This document shows positions 26,480 through 36,033 of a stretch of DNA of 64,000 nucleotides, piece after piece. Source of the DNA: a virus; IMG/VR virus record IMGVR_UViG_3300044716_001642, positions 70,418 through 134,417 of that record, one strand, 5' to 3'. Each line of letters begins with the position of its first letter. Position 1 is the first letter of the stretch. A program made the position numbers and the translations under genes. A model generated the notes under the pieces. It saw only the letters and a program-made list of their open reading frames with translations. It was not told the origin of the DNA and ran no database searches.

Positions 26480-27561
26480 TAACTTATACAGATTTCTTTG
26501 AATTTGTTAAAGAGATACTTTGTGGCTTCTTCGTTATTTGATAAAGCCAGTCTAAGATTGTCGATTCCCTGAATGGTCTCTGGAAACATAATATTATTTG
26601 ATTTTAATTCCTCAATCAATGAAGGCTCAATTTTAATCCAGGCTCCTGCTTTTTTGGCAAATTCCCACATGATCATAAGATCAGCGATTTCGTATTCAAT
26701 CCAAACAGAGTTGCCGCCATTTTGGCTATGCTTAATAGGGTATCTAATTTCTTTTCCATCTTTCTCGTTTGTGGACTTTTTAAATGTAATTTTAGCCCAG
26801 TGTCCAATATTTTCTTCCTTGCCATTGATGGTTGCCGTAATGTAATCAGACTTGTACCTCGGCGAAAATTCAAAAATCCAATCGGAATAGTGAAGCAGCG
26901 CTGATCCGCCAGAAGCATTTGTCAATCGCGGGTCGGTTTTAGCATATTGATTTATTTTAACTTCGCTTCTAACTTGACTAATCATTGCGCATATGTGTCC
27001 GCCAACAGAAAACGGTAATGCCATCTTTTTCAAAAAATGGGAAGAAATCGCCGCGCCTCCACTAACTTTTACAGCATCTTCAAAGGTTTTATCTTTGTCA
27101 CCTTTGGGGATAAGGGCGTCCATGCTATCAATGACAAAAAAGTAAGCCGTTTCCTCCTCGTTATTTTGAACAAGTTTGTGAATTAGGTTGGCGGCAGTTT
27201 CATAAATATTTGTCTTAAATATAAAGCAACTTCCATCTTCCCATTGTTCGGAATCCTCTACGAATTTAATACCAGACCTGTCAACTACATTTTTAGAAAG
27301 TCTTCCTTCAGCTTTGATATATAGGGCTTTCCTACCCTTCGCGGCAGAAAGAAAACTTTTCATAATAGAAAGACTACAACTTGTCTTCCCTCCTCCAGAC
27401 ACGCCACTAAATCTCAAAATGGAAGGATGTAGTCCGCCACCAACCTCAATGTCAAAAATTAAACTCCCTGTGGAGATAAGGTAATCTTTATCTTGAACGT
27501 AATTGTAATGTTCGTCTTTATTGCTTTTGAGATAGCTTGATAATAGTTCTTTTGATTTCAT
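26479..27561 (-). CDS. recA: RecA/UvsX-like recombinase
   Basis: ISTGSLIFDIEVGGG, Walker A GVSGGGKTS, Walker B FVIDSMDAL, ISQVR, ASGGSALLHYS. Confidence 0.88.
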   Translation of the reverse strand: MKSKELLSSYLKSNKDEHYNYVQDKDYLISTGSLIFDIEVGGGLHPSILRFSGVSGGGKTSCSLSIMKSFLSAAKGRKALYIKAEGRLSKNVVDRSGIKFVEDSEQWEDGSCFIFKTNIYETAANLIHKLVQNNEEETAYFFVIDSMDALIPKGDKDKTFEDAVKVSGGAAISSHFLKKMALPFSVGGHICAMISQVRSEVKINQYAKTDPRLTNASGGSALLHYSDWIFEFSPRYKSDYITATINGKEENIGHWAKITFKKSTNEKDGKEIRYPIKHSQNGGNSVWIEYEIADLMIMWEFAKKAGAWIKIEPSLIEELKSNNIMFPETIQGIDNLRLALSNNEEATKYLFNKFKEICIS

Positions 27562-27576
27562 ACTTGTAATACTGTA

Positions 27577-27957
27577 TTATTTTTTTTTAATAAAGTCCAT
27601 GATTGTTTTTATTTTTTTAGGAATATGGACTTGATCTTCCCCTTGTTTTTCCTCTAAGATTTCAAAAATTTGAGGTTGATTTTTAAGTTCCAGCTTGAAC
27701 TTATGATATTTATCATTCAGATATTTTCTGCCGTTTTCTGTTAGAAACCAAGCCAAAGATGGTATTGTAAAATCGGTTCTGGCGTGAAACCAGAAGGAGG
27801 GATCTTCGCACTTTTTAACAAGATCATTCATAATCTTCATTTCCTTGGCCCATGCTATGCTTCTATGTTGGGATTCTGGAACTTGAAGACAAGAAATTAT
27901 AAATTCCGATTTGAAATTTTTTTCGGTGTATTCTTTTTTGTATTTAAATTTAGCCAT
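27577..27957 (-). CDS. Hypothetical protein
   Basis: Probable start MAKFKY at 27957; the ORF-track start at 27978 is a TTG adjoining the predicted -10 box. Confidence 0.7.
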   Translation of the reverse strand: MAKFKYKKEYTEKNFKSEFIISCLQVPESQHRSIAWAKEMKIMNDLVKKCEDPSFWFHARTDFTIPSLAWFLTENGRKYLNDKYHKFKLELKNQPQIFEILEEKQGEDQVHIPKKIKTIMDFIKKK

Positions 27958-27970
27958 GCCTAATGGTGGC

Positions 27971-27999
27971 ATGATCAATTATTTTTAAAAACGGGTCAA
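27971..27999 (-). promoter_or_regulatory. Sigma70-like promoter TTGACC-N17-GATCAT
   Basis: Near-consensus -35 with 17-nt spacer; weak -10. Confidence 0.4.
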
Positions 28000-28000
28000 G

Positions 28001-28177
28001 CTATTTCTGCTCGTACAGGTCGCAACCTTCACAAACTTCTGGCTTGAGATCTACGATATTCCGCTTGTCACATTTATAAACGAGTTTTTTGATTTTTTTG
28101 CACGGGCATCCATCAAATATTTCTATTTGCTCGTCTGGTCTGTGCTTGCATGAATCAAATTTTTCTTGCCCACTCAT
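28001..28177 (-). CDS. Small Cys-rich protein (58 aa, 6 Cys), absent from the ORF track
   Basis: Manual translation MSGQEKFDSCKHRPDEQIEIFDGCPCKKIKKLVYKCDKRNIVDLKPEVCEGCDLYEQK*; fills the gap; AAGTGTA motif 10 nt upstream. Confidence 0.7.
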   Translation of the reverse strand: MSGQEKFDSCKHRPDEQIEIFDGCPCKKIKKLVYKCDKRNIVDLKPEVCEGCDLYEQK

Positions 28178-28192
28178 ACTATATATTACACT

Positions 28193-29314
28193 TTAATTTT
28201 GTAATTTCAAATCATTTTCTACCATTCTTTTCACTAATTCAGAAAATGAGATTTTTGGAGTCCAATTTAATTCTTCTCTTGCTAAGGTTGAATCGCCTAG
28301 TAAAAGTTCTACTTCAGCGGGTCTATAGAATTTTTCATTGATTTGCATTAAAATTATATCTGGCTTATTACTTAATACATATTTCTCATTGATTCCTTCT
28401 CCGACCCATGAGCCATCAATCCCTGCAGATTTAAATGCTTTTTCAACAAATTCTCTTACGGTATGTGTTTCATTTGATGATAAGACGTACTCTTTGGGAG
28501 TCTTTTGATTTAACATGAGCCATATTCCTTCGACAAAGTCCATTGCGTGACTCCAGTCTCTCTTTGCGTCAATGTTTCCCAATTCTAGCGGCGAAAAATA
28601 AGATCCTGATTTTATAGAATGTCTTATTCTGGCAACATTTGTTGTAATTTTTCTTGTTACAAACTCTACCCCGCGCCTTTGACTTTCGTGGTTGAAAAGC
28701 CAACCTTGAATGGCATATAAATTATATGAGTCTCTGTATACTTTTACAAGTTGCCTTGCGGCAGCTTTGCTTGCCCCGTATGGGCTTCTTGGCTTAAGTG
28801 GATGATTTTCGTCTTGCGGAACATATGAAACGTTTCCAAACTCCTCGCTGGATCCAGCTTGATAGAATCTACAAGAGGGTTTGTGTAACCTAATTGCCTC
28901 CAATATATCCAAAACAGAAGTTGAATTAGTCTGCCACGTTTGTCTTGCAAAATCCCAACTACTTGCGACAAAGCTTTGAGCGGCTAAATTTATAAAATAA
29001 TCTGGCTGAAGTTTTTCAACGATTCTTGAAATAGAATGCGAGTCAGTTAAATCAAAATTTAACAATACAAATCTAGGATTATTGATATGATTTATATTAA
29101 TATGATTATAAACGCTCAATCTTCTAACTCCTCCTACTACAAACAAATCCGTATTTTCAAGAAGGTAGTCAACCATGTAGCTTCCGTCTTGACCCGTTAC
29201 CCCGGTTACAATGCAGATTTTTTTACCCAAAAGAATTTTATACGCATCGTCTATATTTAGAATATTTGCATTGTCTATTTTTTTGCCCATATATGTTTCT
29301 TGTATATTGTTCAT
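28193..29314 (-). CDS. gmd: GDP-mannose 4,6-dehydratase
   Basis: ITGVTGQDGSY-type motif (VTGVTGQDGSY), NLAAQSFV, FYQAGSSEEFG, SPYGASK, LFNHES, RDWSHA, RPAEVELLLGD. Confidence 0.96.
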   Translation of the reverse strand: MNNIQETYMGKKIDNANILNIDDAYKILLGKKICIVTGVTGQDGSYMVDYLLENTDLFVVGGVRRLSVYNHININHINNPRFVLLNFDLTDSHSISRIVEKLQPDYFINLAAQSFVASSWDFARQTWQTNSTSVLDILEAIRLHKPSCRFYQAGSSEEFGNVSYVPQDENHPLKPRSPYGASKAAARQLVKVYRDSYNLYAIQGWLFNHESQRRGVEFVTRKITTNVARIRHSIKSGSYFSPLELGNIDAKRDWSHAMDFVEGIWLMLNQKTPKEYVLSSNETHTVREFVEKAFKSAGIDGSWVGEGINEKYVLSNKPDIILMQINEKFYRPAEVELLLGDSTLAREELNWTPKISFSELVKRMVENDLKLQN

Positions 29315-29315
29315 T

Positions 29316-30173
29316 TTAGAAAAGTTTATGTTTTATTATTTTATTGTAAATTGATGCATTTTTTATTATTTTTTCTTTTATTGCTAAAAAATTTTCACCG
29401 TGATTTTTTTCAAACATATGGATAAATGGAATATATTCTTCCATGAATCTGGCTTGTCTTACTTCTGTCATTTTTTTTGTTGGAATGCTGTCTTCTGAAT
29501 TTAAATTAAAGGTCATTATTGGAAATTCCGAAAACTCAACTGGTTGAAATTTGTTCTTGGAAAAAGCGTAAGAAAAACATGGCTCATCTACAGCTCCATT
29601 TTGGTAAAATCTTAACATTCCAAAATTATCATAGTTTAGAAAACACTCTCTTGCGTCGTCAAAAATTCTTTTAAGATTATTTGTTTTTCTAAGAAAAAAA
29701 AGTCCGCCATGTGTTTCTTGCGGCTTTATATCAATTTTGGAACAAATTTCGCCCCAGTATCCCCAATGCCATGAGGGATTATTTTTTGAGCCAAGCATTA
29801 TTAGATCTTGATTTTTATTGATTAAAAAATTCCAAGCTTCATCAGTGCTATAAGAGCATAATATATCTGTATCTAATACCATTGTGTAATCTGTGGTTAG
29901 ATACTTGTATAGCTCTAATCTGGGCAATAGGCAGAATCTTTCAAAATTCGTTTTACAAAAATGAAATAATTCGTGATTTACAATATCAAGAGTATAAACT
30001 TCGTTGAAAATATTGAGATTTTTTGCAAAATTATAATCCTCTGGTAGCGTAATGACATTGACGCTTCTTGAGTCTTCGCATGAGCTTAAGGTGTCAATTA
30101 GGTCAAGACAGTCTGAAATATAAGATTTGCCAAAACATAAAAAGAGATAAGACTCGCTTTTGCTTAATGCCAT
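29316..30173 (-). CDS. GT-A fold glycosyltransferase (GT8-like)
   Basis: DxD motif VLDTDIL, GGLFFL, DEPCFSYAF, FIHMF. Confidence 0.7.
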   Translation of the reverse strand: MALSKSESYLFLCFGKSYISDCLDLIDTLSSCEDSRSVNVITLPEDYNFAKNLNIFNEVYTLDIVNHELFHFCKTNFERFCLLPRLELYKYLTTDYTMVLDTDILCSYSTDEAWNFLINKNQDLIMLGSKNNPSWHWGYWGEICSKIDIKPQETHGGLFFLRKTNNLKRIFDDARECFLNYDNFGMLRFYQNGAVDEPCFSYAFSKNKFQPVEFSEFPIMTFNLNSEDSIPTKKMTEVRQARFMEEYIPFIHMFEKNHGENFLAIKEKIIKNASIYNKIIKHKLF

Positions 30174-30754
30174 AAGTTATATTTAATATGATTTTTATTA
30201 AAATAGCTTATGATTTCGTTTTTCCTGTTGGAATAAGTAAGTTTATCTGCAAAAAAATGATCATGGAATTCTATCCAGATTTCTTTAATGGAGCTAATAG
30301 AGTTGTCATTTATCATTTTTTCTAAAACATCGAATTCTGCTCCCTCGATGTCCATTTTGCAAAAAATTTCGGCTTCCCCAAGTGATTTAACAAATTCTGA
30401 AAAATTAATGCTTTCAATTTCGTATTTAGATTTGAAATTTTGCCTAAGCGAATCGTTCCATGGATTCCAGTCCGATAGGGGAATAATGCTTGAGCCCATT
30501 CCTGTTTCTCCCTCGTTTGGTGGCGTCTCGACGTTTATGATCGTTTTTCCATCCTTTGTTGAAACAGCCTGATTTAAGAACTGAATGTTAAAGATAGAAT
30601 TTTTATAAACATCGGTACCATTAAACATTTTGAATGTTACTGGATTTGCTTCAAATGAATATATGTCCCATGAGTCGTCTATTTTTAATATATTTATGAA
30701 TTGATTTAATCCTTGCCCGAAATGAGTGCCTAGATCTAAGAGTATTTTTTTCAT
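30164..30754 (-). CDS. FkbM-family SAM-dependent methyltransferase
   Basis: LDLGTHFGQG, YSFEANP, KMDIEGAEFDVL, IWIEFH. Confidence 0.88.
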   Translation of the reverse strand: MKKILLDLGTHFGQGLNQFINILKIDDSWDIYSFEANPVTFKMFNGTDVYKNSIFNIQFLNQAVSTKDGKTIINVETPPNEGETGMGSSIIPLSDWNPWNDSLRQNFKSKYEIESINFSEFVKSLGEAEIFCKMDIEGAEFDVLEKMINDNSISSIKEIWIEFHDHFFADKLTYSNRKNEIISYFNKNHIKYNLWH

Positions 30755-31425
30755 ATTTTAAAATTATGTATTAATGTTGCCGAATAGTCTGTTTTGACAA
30801 AGTTTCCGTTCACAACATGAACAGGAATATTTGAAACCTCTTCCCAGTGTCCGAACGACAGTCCGTTCTTTCTTGCTGCTAAGGTTGAAATTAAATCCAT
30901 AAAATAATTTTGAGGAAACTTATCAAACATTTCTTGGAAAAACGAATAATCTTTATCTTTTAATGTTTTGAAATAATTCAAACTAAATATAGTGCCGCCG
31001 CAACCAGTGTGTATTCTGTTCTCGTGAATATTTAAATAATCGTACAAAACGTGTTCATTATGTCCACATGGGTTTGCAGGTCCACTAATATCATATTTTG
31101 GTTCGATTGTAATTTTTCTATTGGTCAAAACATCTGTTTCTAAAAATAACGTGTGAGAAAAGTTTTCATTTAAGCCAAAATTAAAAAGATAATCATAATA
31201 TTGAGGTCCAAAAGAGCCAACTCCGCAAAGAGTTCGTTTGTGCCACAAATTAGGAGCATTGATAAACTCAATATTGGGAATATGTGCCAAATGCTGCTTG
31301 GGGCAGTTTCCACCAGAATTCACTAACTGAATAGGAATATTAGGGTTCCATTTGCTGAAGTTTTCTAATGTGAACTTTGCTCTTGCAAAGTCGTTGCACA
31401 TAAATAGGACTGCTTGAATATTCAT
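30751..31425 (-). CDS. Putative GT-A-like glycosyltransferase
   Basis: Probable start MNIQAVLFM at 31425; LFLETDVL as DxD-like motif; cluster context. Confidence 0.5.
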   Translation of the reverse strand: MNIQAVLFMCNDFARAKFTLENFSKWNPNIPIQLVNSGGNCPKQHLAHIPNIEFINAPNLWHKRTLCGVGSFGPQYYDYLFNFGLNENFSHTLFLETDVLTNRKITIEPKYDISGPANPCGHNEHVLYDYLNIHENRIHTGCGGTIFSLNYFKTLKDKDYSFFQEMFDKFPQNYFMDLISTLAARKNGLSFGHWEEVSNIPVHVVNGNFVKTDYSATLIHNFKI

Positions 31426-32342
31426 AAATAATTTATATATTTTTTTACAATATTTTCCCAGCAAAATTGCTCTGCATACTCTCTGATTTTTTCACGACCA
31501 ATATTTATGCAACTGTTTCGATTATTGCGTATTGATGAAGAAACAATTTCTGGATTATGTATTGAATCTTGGGGTATTATGGTAATAAACGGTAGGGAGT
31601 TGTCTAGATTCTGAGAGGCGGCTTCTGATACAACTAATCCTAGTCCGGCGCTTAATGCCTCAAGACAAACTAATGGTTGAAGTTCTAATTCTGATATCAA
31701 AACTAAATTACAGTAATCCGTTAATTTTTCATACACTTCAGCTCTTGTCCATAGTCCAAGATATTTACTATCTAATGGATTAAATTCTGCAATGGTATTT
31801 TGACCAACGAAAAAAATTCCGCTATCTAATGATTGAAGAAGCGCTTGATTTTTTCTTTTGTCTATTTTTCCCAAGCAAATACTTGAATCTTGATTTTTTG
31901 GTTTTGCTTGAAAATTGAAGGCATTAAAATCTACACCATTGGGAAGCACTTTAATTTTTCGTGGCGAAATCCCTATTCTCAAGAGAAAATCTTGCTCCCA
32001 TGTGGTCAGAATAAAAAACTCGCAATCGTATAAAAAGTTTCTTATAACTGACTCATGAAAATTTTTTGAGGATAAAAAGCTACCATCATGGTTTGTTACA
32101 ATTTTTCTACATTTTACATATGGCATTATGTCATAATGTGCGCCATAATGTAGATGCACCATGTCGGGATTTATTTCGTTAATTTTTTCTAGAGTTAATT
32201 TAGAGTCTGGTTCATTAATAATTGAAACATCATAGCCAATTTTTTTCAAATTAGAATATTGATTCCATACTACTGTTTCTAGGGCGCCCCACCCAGACGG
32301 AGGGACGCTAATTTCACCTGGAGCTATAAAGCATATTTTCAT
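31422..32342 (-). CDS. GT4-family glycosyltransferase
   Basis: Probable start MKICFIAPG at 32342; PPSGWGALE, LPNGVD, CLGKIDKRKNQ, ELQPLVCLEALSAGL. Confidence 0.85.
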   Translation of the reverse strand: MKICFIAPGEISVPPSGWGALETVVWNQYSNLKKIGYDVSIINEPDSKLTLEKINEINPDMVHLHYGAHYDIMPYVKCRKIVTNHDGSFLSSKNFHESVIRNFLYDCEFFILTTWEQDFLLRIGISPRKIKVLPNGVDFNAFNFQAKPKNQDSSICLGKIDKRKNQALLQSLDSGIFFVGQNTIAEFNPLDSKYLGLWTRAEVYEKLTDYCNLVLISELELQPLVCLEALSAGLGLVVSEAASQNLDNSLPFITIIPQDSIHNPEIVSSSIRNNRNSCINIGREKIREYAEQFCWENIVKKYINYL

Positions 32343-32343
32343 A

Positions 32344-33090
32344 TTACTTGTGAATAAAATAAACGTCTTCTCTGTGGGTTTCGTATTTTTTAAAATTACT
32401 AGTAAACGGTTCTCCAATTAGCATTTTTTTATCTGACAGCAAATCTCTAAAAACATATTGACCGGTCCACATGTCGGAATTAAAATCCGTATTACCGAGT
32501 TTAATTCTTGTTTCGCAAAATTTATTTAAAAATAATAAAATATTCTCATAATTTCCGCCAATAACCCCCATATTGATTAATTCAAGTGTTTTTTGAAAAA
32601 TAGAAAACCAAACGTAATTTTCCCATTGTGCTTGTTGATGAATTTGCAAGTATGGAAACTCATTAAGCATAATGCTATCTTTGCACGCAAATAAGTCTAC
32701 TTCTGGATTATCTTTAATAATTTTGCATGGATCTTTAACTACTATTACGTCGGAACCATCGGTTAAAAAAACACAATCAAATTTATTTTCTTCTAAATAA
32801 TTTCTATAACAAAAAAATCTCCAGTCATTATTTGAGTAATCAGATTGTGTAACCTTGATAAATTTTATGTTATCTGTGGTATATTTGTTTAAAAAATCTT
32901 CAGATAGATTGTCATGAAAAACTCTTCCTTCTAGATTTAATTTGTTAACAGAATTATACCAAGGCTCAATGTACCGGAAATCATTTTGTAGAACCCTGCC
33001 ATCATTGCCGCGACCGATAACGCATTTATCATTAGGATCATTGGGGTGTTTTTTAATTGAAAAGTAAGACGTTAAAATAACCGAATTCAT
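32344..33090 (-). CDS. Putative glycosyltransferase-like protein
   Basis: VFLTDGSDVIV, INMGVIGG, FIHK; cluster context. Confidence 0.5.
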   Translation of the reverse strand: MNSVILTSYFSIKKHPNDPNDKCVIGRGNDGRVLQNDFRYIEPWYNSVNKLNLEGRVFHDNLSEDFLNKYTTDNIKFIKVTQSDYSNNDWRFFCYRNYLEENKFDCVFLTDGSDVIVVKDPCKIIKDNPEVDLFACKDSIMLNEFPYLQIHQQAQWENYVWFSIFQKTLELINMGVIGGNYENILLFLNKFCETRIKLGNTDFNSDMWTGQYVFRDLLSDKKMLIGEPFTSNFKKYETHREDVYFIHK

Positions 33091-33110
33091 ATGAAAGGTT
33101 TAAATGCTGC

Positions 33111-33353
33111 TTAGCTGCTATACTCTTCAAAATTAACAAGTAATGGATTAGATTTTCTTGTGGATTTGGAAATTAATTTTTCTTTATACTCTGATTCCGA
33201 CATTATGACGGTATATCCATCTTTTACTGAATTTTCAGAAAAGGTTTGGTCGTCCTTGTCGGCCTTTACTATAAAAGATTTTAATTCAAGCTCTGAAGAT
33301 GCACCTATATTACTTTCATCTACAGAAAAGCTGGAAATTTTTACCTTTATCAT
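33111..33353 (-). CDS. Hypothetical protein (80 aa)
   Basis: Strand consistent with neighbours. Confidence 0.6.
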   Translation of the reverse strand: MIKVKISSFSVDESNIGASSELELKSFIVKADKDDQTFSENSVKDGYTVIMSESEYKEKLISKSTRKSNPLLVNFEEYSS

Positions 33354-33401
33354 AAGGTATTATATTGTCTATGAAATATAAATCAAAATTTATTACATCT
33401 G

Positions 33402-33866
33402 CTATTTGTATGAGGTATTTTTTTCAAATAGATTTTGAATATCGCTAATTGCCATATCGTAAATGTATTGATAATCTTCAGTGCTTGGAAGTGAAAAATT
33501 AGAAATCGCGCTTAAGAAATTCATTTTTTCAGTTTTAAGTTGATTGTTTATTTCTAGCATTTCTTTTTTGGATTGTTTTTTAGTATGATTTAGCCAAGCT
33601 GAAAAAAATATTTTTGCTGTTGAGTTTTTATTCTGATTTAAAAGACTGTTGTCCGCCGTGTCTTCATCTTTATTTTTACATGTTTCATTAAAAACAAAAA
33701 ATACCATGCTTGCCAATAATTCTTGAGTAAATCTGCTTTTTAGATTTTCAAGTAAAATTTCATTACTCTCTTCGAGACTTTTTCTCAATTCTTCTATTGA
33801 GAGGTCGCTGGTAATAAAATTTTTTTCATTTGATTCCATGTTTTCTATATTACACTTTATCCGCAT
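33402..33866 (-). CDS. Hypothetical protein (154 aa)
   Basis: ORF in the minus-strand run. Confidence 0.7.
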   Translation of the reverse strand: MRIKCNIENMESNEKNFITSDLSIEELRKSLEESNEILLENLKSRFTQELLASMVFFVFNETCKNKDEDTADNSLLNQNKNSTAKIFFSAWLNHTKKQSKKEMLEINNQLKTEKMNFLSAISNFSLPSTEDYQYIYDMAISDIQNLFEKNTSYK

Positions 33867-33878
33867 TTGAGATTTTTT

Positions 33879-34304
33879 TTAATTTCCAGAGCTACCATAA
33901 CCAGAAGACCCTCTTTCTGTTTCGTCTAAAAGATTTTCAACAATAAAATTTACATTTTCATATTTTTTAAAAATTATTTGCGCAATTCTATCATTTTTTT
34001 GAATTTTAATTGGCTCATACATATCTGTATTTAAAATAATAACGCCTATGTCGCCTCTGTAAGATGAGTCAACAATTTTACCAAGACAATGCGCGCCTTT
34101 TTTAAAGGCCATTCCGCTTCTGTCTGAGATATGCCCATAATAGCCCGAAGGAATACTCATTGCGACACCGGTTTTAACAAGTTTTCTTTCCATTGGTTTT
34201 ATCAAAATCTCTTCACATGAGTAAAGATCATATCCGGCATCATCAAGGGATGATTTTGATGGAGTTTTTGAATTCGCATTGATGAGTTTAATATTTATAT
34301 TCAT
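33879..34304 (-). CDS. dut: Trimeric dUTPase
   Basis: AGYDL, DRSG, IVDSSYRG, RIAQII, RGSSGYGSSG. Confidence 0.95.
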   Translation of the reverse strand: MNINIKLINANSKTPSKSSLDDAGYDLYSCEEILIKPMERKLVKTGVAMSIPSGYYGHISDRSGMAFKKGAHCLGKIVDSSYRGDIGVIILNTDMYEPIKIQKNDRIAQIIFKKYENVNFIVENLLDETERGSSGYGSSGN

Positions 34305-34319
34305 TTTAATTAAATTTAA

Positions 34320-35987
34320 TTATGACTCACAGCTTTTGCAGGCTAAAATTGAACGAGAAAGCTCTTGACTGGGCGAGCTAGATCTTTGATAATAAAAAGT
34401 TTTAACGCCCATCTTCCAACCGTCAATAAGAAGAGTGCTGACATCTTTTGCTGGCGTACTTGGAGGAACCATAATATTTAATGATTGCGATTGGTCTATA
34501 TATTTTTGTCTAGCAGCTGCTTGAATAACAATTTCTTTTTGAGAAAGTTCGCCAAATGTTTTGAATACATCTTTTTCGTCCTGGGTTAAAAAATCCAAAT
34601 GCTGAACGCTACCTCCTTTAACTAGGATGCTTTTCCAGGTTTCCTCATCATGTTTTCCCTTTTCTTTTAGAAGATTTTTAAGATAAGGGTTTTTGTAGGT
34701 GAATGAACCCTTTGCGAGTTTATTAACAAAATAATTGCTATTCAATGGCTCAATTGATTGGCTGACTTGACCAAGAATGAATGATGAAGATGTTGTTGGG
34801 GCAACGGCTAGTGTTGTTACATTTCTGCGACCATATCCCTTCAGCAACTCTGGTTCACCAAAAATTTTTGAAAGTTCTTCAGTTGCTTTATCTGATTTTT
34901 CTTTAATTGTTTTGAAAATAGAATTATTAAGAAATTTTGCTTCCATTGATTCAAATGCAATCATTTTAGATTGTAAATATGAATGCCAACCAAGAACTCC
35001 AACTCCCAAAGCCCTTTGATTTTTTGCAAATTTATGAGGTGCCTCCATAAATTTTACGCCTTCTGTTTTTCTAATAAATTCTTCGTTTACAGCGTCTAAA
35101 AAGTAAACCATTGTTTCCACTGCATCAGTTTCTTTAATTTCGTCCCAGTGCAGAAGGTTAATGGAGGAAAGAACGCAAACAAACGATTCGCCTGGTGAAT
35201 TACTCAGGGCCACCTCACTACACAAATTTGAATTATTTATTTTTAATTCTTTATCTCTATAAACTTGTGGCGAATTATTATTCATTGTGTCGGCAAACTG
35301 AATATATGGATAGCCTGTTTCAAATCTTTTTTTAATGATTAGTCCCCAAATTTTTCTTTTTAATTTATCACCATCTATCATTTCTTGCATCCATTTGTCC
35401 GTAATGGTAACGCCAATACTCATATTTTGAATAGCGTGACCAACAGAGCGAATTTGCAAAAATTCTTCAATATCAGGATGCTCGACGGGAAGATAAGCGG
35501 CAAATGATCCTCTTCGGGCAGAACCTTGAGAAACGACATCGGCGATAGTGCTAAAAAGCTCCATAAAATGTACAGGCCCACTAGACTCTCCGCCAACGGA
35601 GATTTTTGCGCCTCTTTCGCGCAGGTCGCCGAAATATCCGGAAGTACCACCTCCCATTTTTGACATAGTGCCTACTTCAGCAACTTTACTCAAAATACTC
35701 TCCATCTTATCATCGCAATAAGAACCAAAGCAAGAAACTGGCAGTCCCCTTTTGTTTCCAAAATTTGTCCAAACCGGTGTTGACAACGAGAAAAAGCCCC
35801 TCGAAATATAATTTTCAAACTTATCAGCGAACCCCTTAAGGTTTAAAATATTATCTGCGTTTTCTGCAATTTGTCTAACTCTCTGTTCTGGAGTTACTCC
35901 CTCTTCCAAATATCCGCTTTCTAAAAATTTTCTTGAATCTTTATTCAGCCAATAATACTTCTCTTGATTTTGCGTGTTATTACTCAT
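34320..35987 (-). CDS. nrdA: Ribonucleotide reductase class Ia alpha subunit (short; no obvious ATP cone)
   Basis: PVSCF, GGGTS, NLCSE, APTTSSS, YYQRS, C-terminal CKSC. Confidence 0.95.
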   Translation of the reverse strand: MSNNTQNQEKYYWLNKDSRKFLESGYLEEGVTPEQRVRQIAENADNILNLKGFADKFENYISRGFFSLSTPVWTNFGNKRGLPVSCFGSYCDDKMESILSKVAEVGTMSKMGGGTSGYFGDLRERGAKISVGGESSGPVHFMELFSTIADVVSQGSARRGSFAAYLPVEHPDIEEFLQIRSVGHAIQNMSIGVTITDKWMQEMIDGDKLKRKIWGLIIKKRFETGYPYIQFADTMNNNSPQVYRDKELKINNSNLCSEVALSNSPGESFVCVLSSINLLHWDEIKETDAVETMVYFLDAVNEEFIRKTEGVKFMEAPHKFAKNQRALGVGVLGWHSYLQSKMIAFESMEAKFLNNSIFKTIKEKSDKATEELSKIFGEPELLKGYGRRNVTTLAVAPTTSSSFILGQVSQSIEPLNSNYFVNKLAKGSFTYKNPYLKNLLKEKGKHDEETWKSILVKGGSVQHLDFLTQDEKDVFKTFGELSQKEIVIQAAARQKYIDQSQSLNIMVPPSTPAKDVSTLLIDGWKMGVKTFYYQRSSSPSQELSRSILACKSCES

Positions 35988-36033
35988 GAAATTTGTATAC
36001 TATATCTTACCAGATTATTAAAGAATAGCAAGC

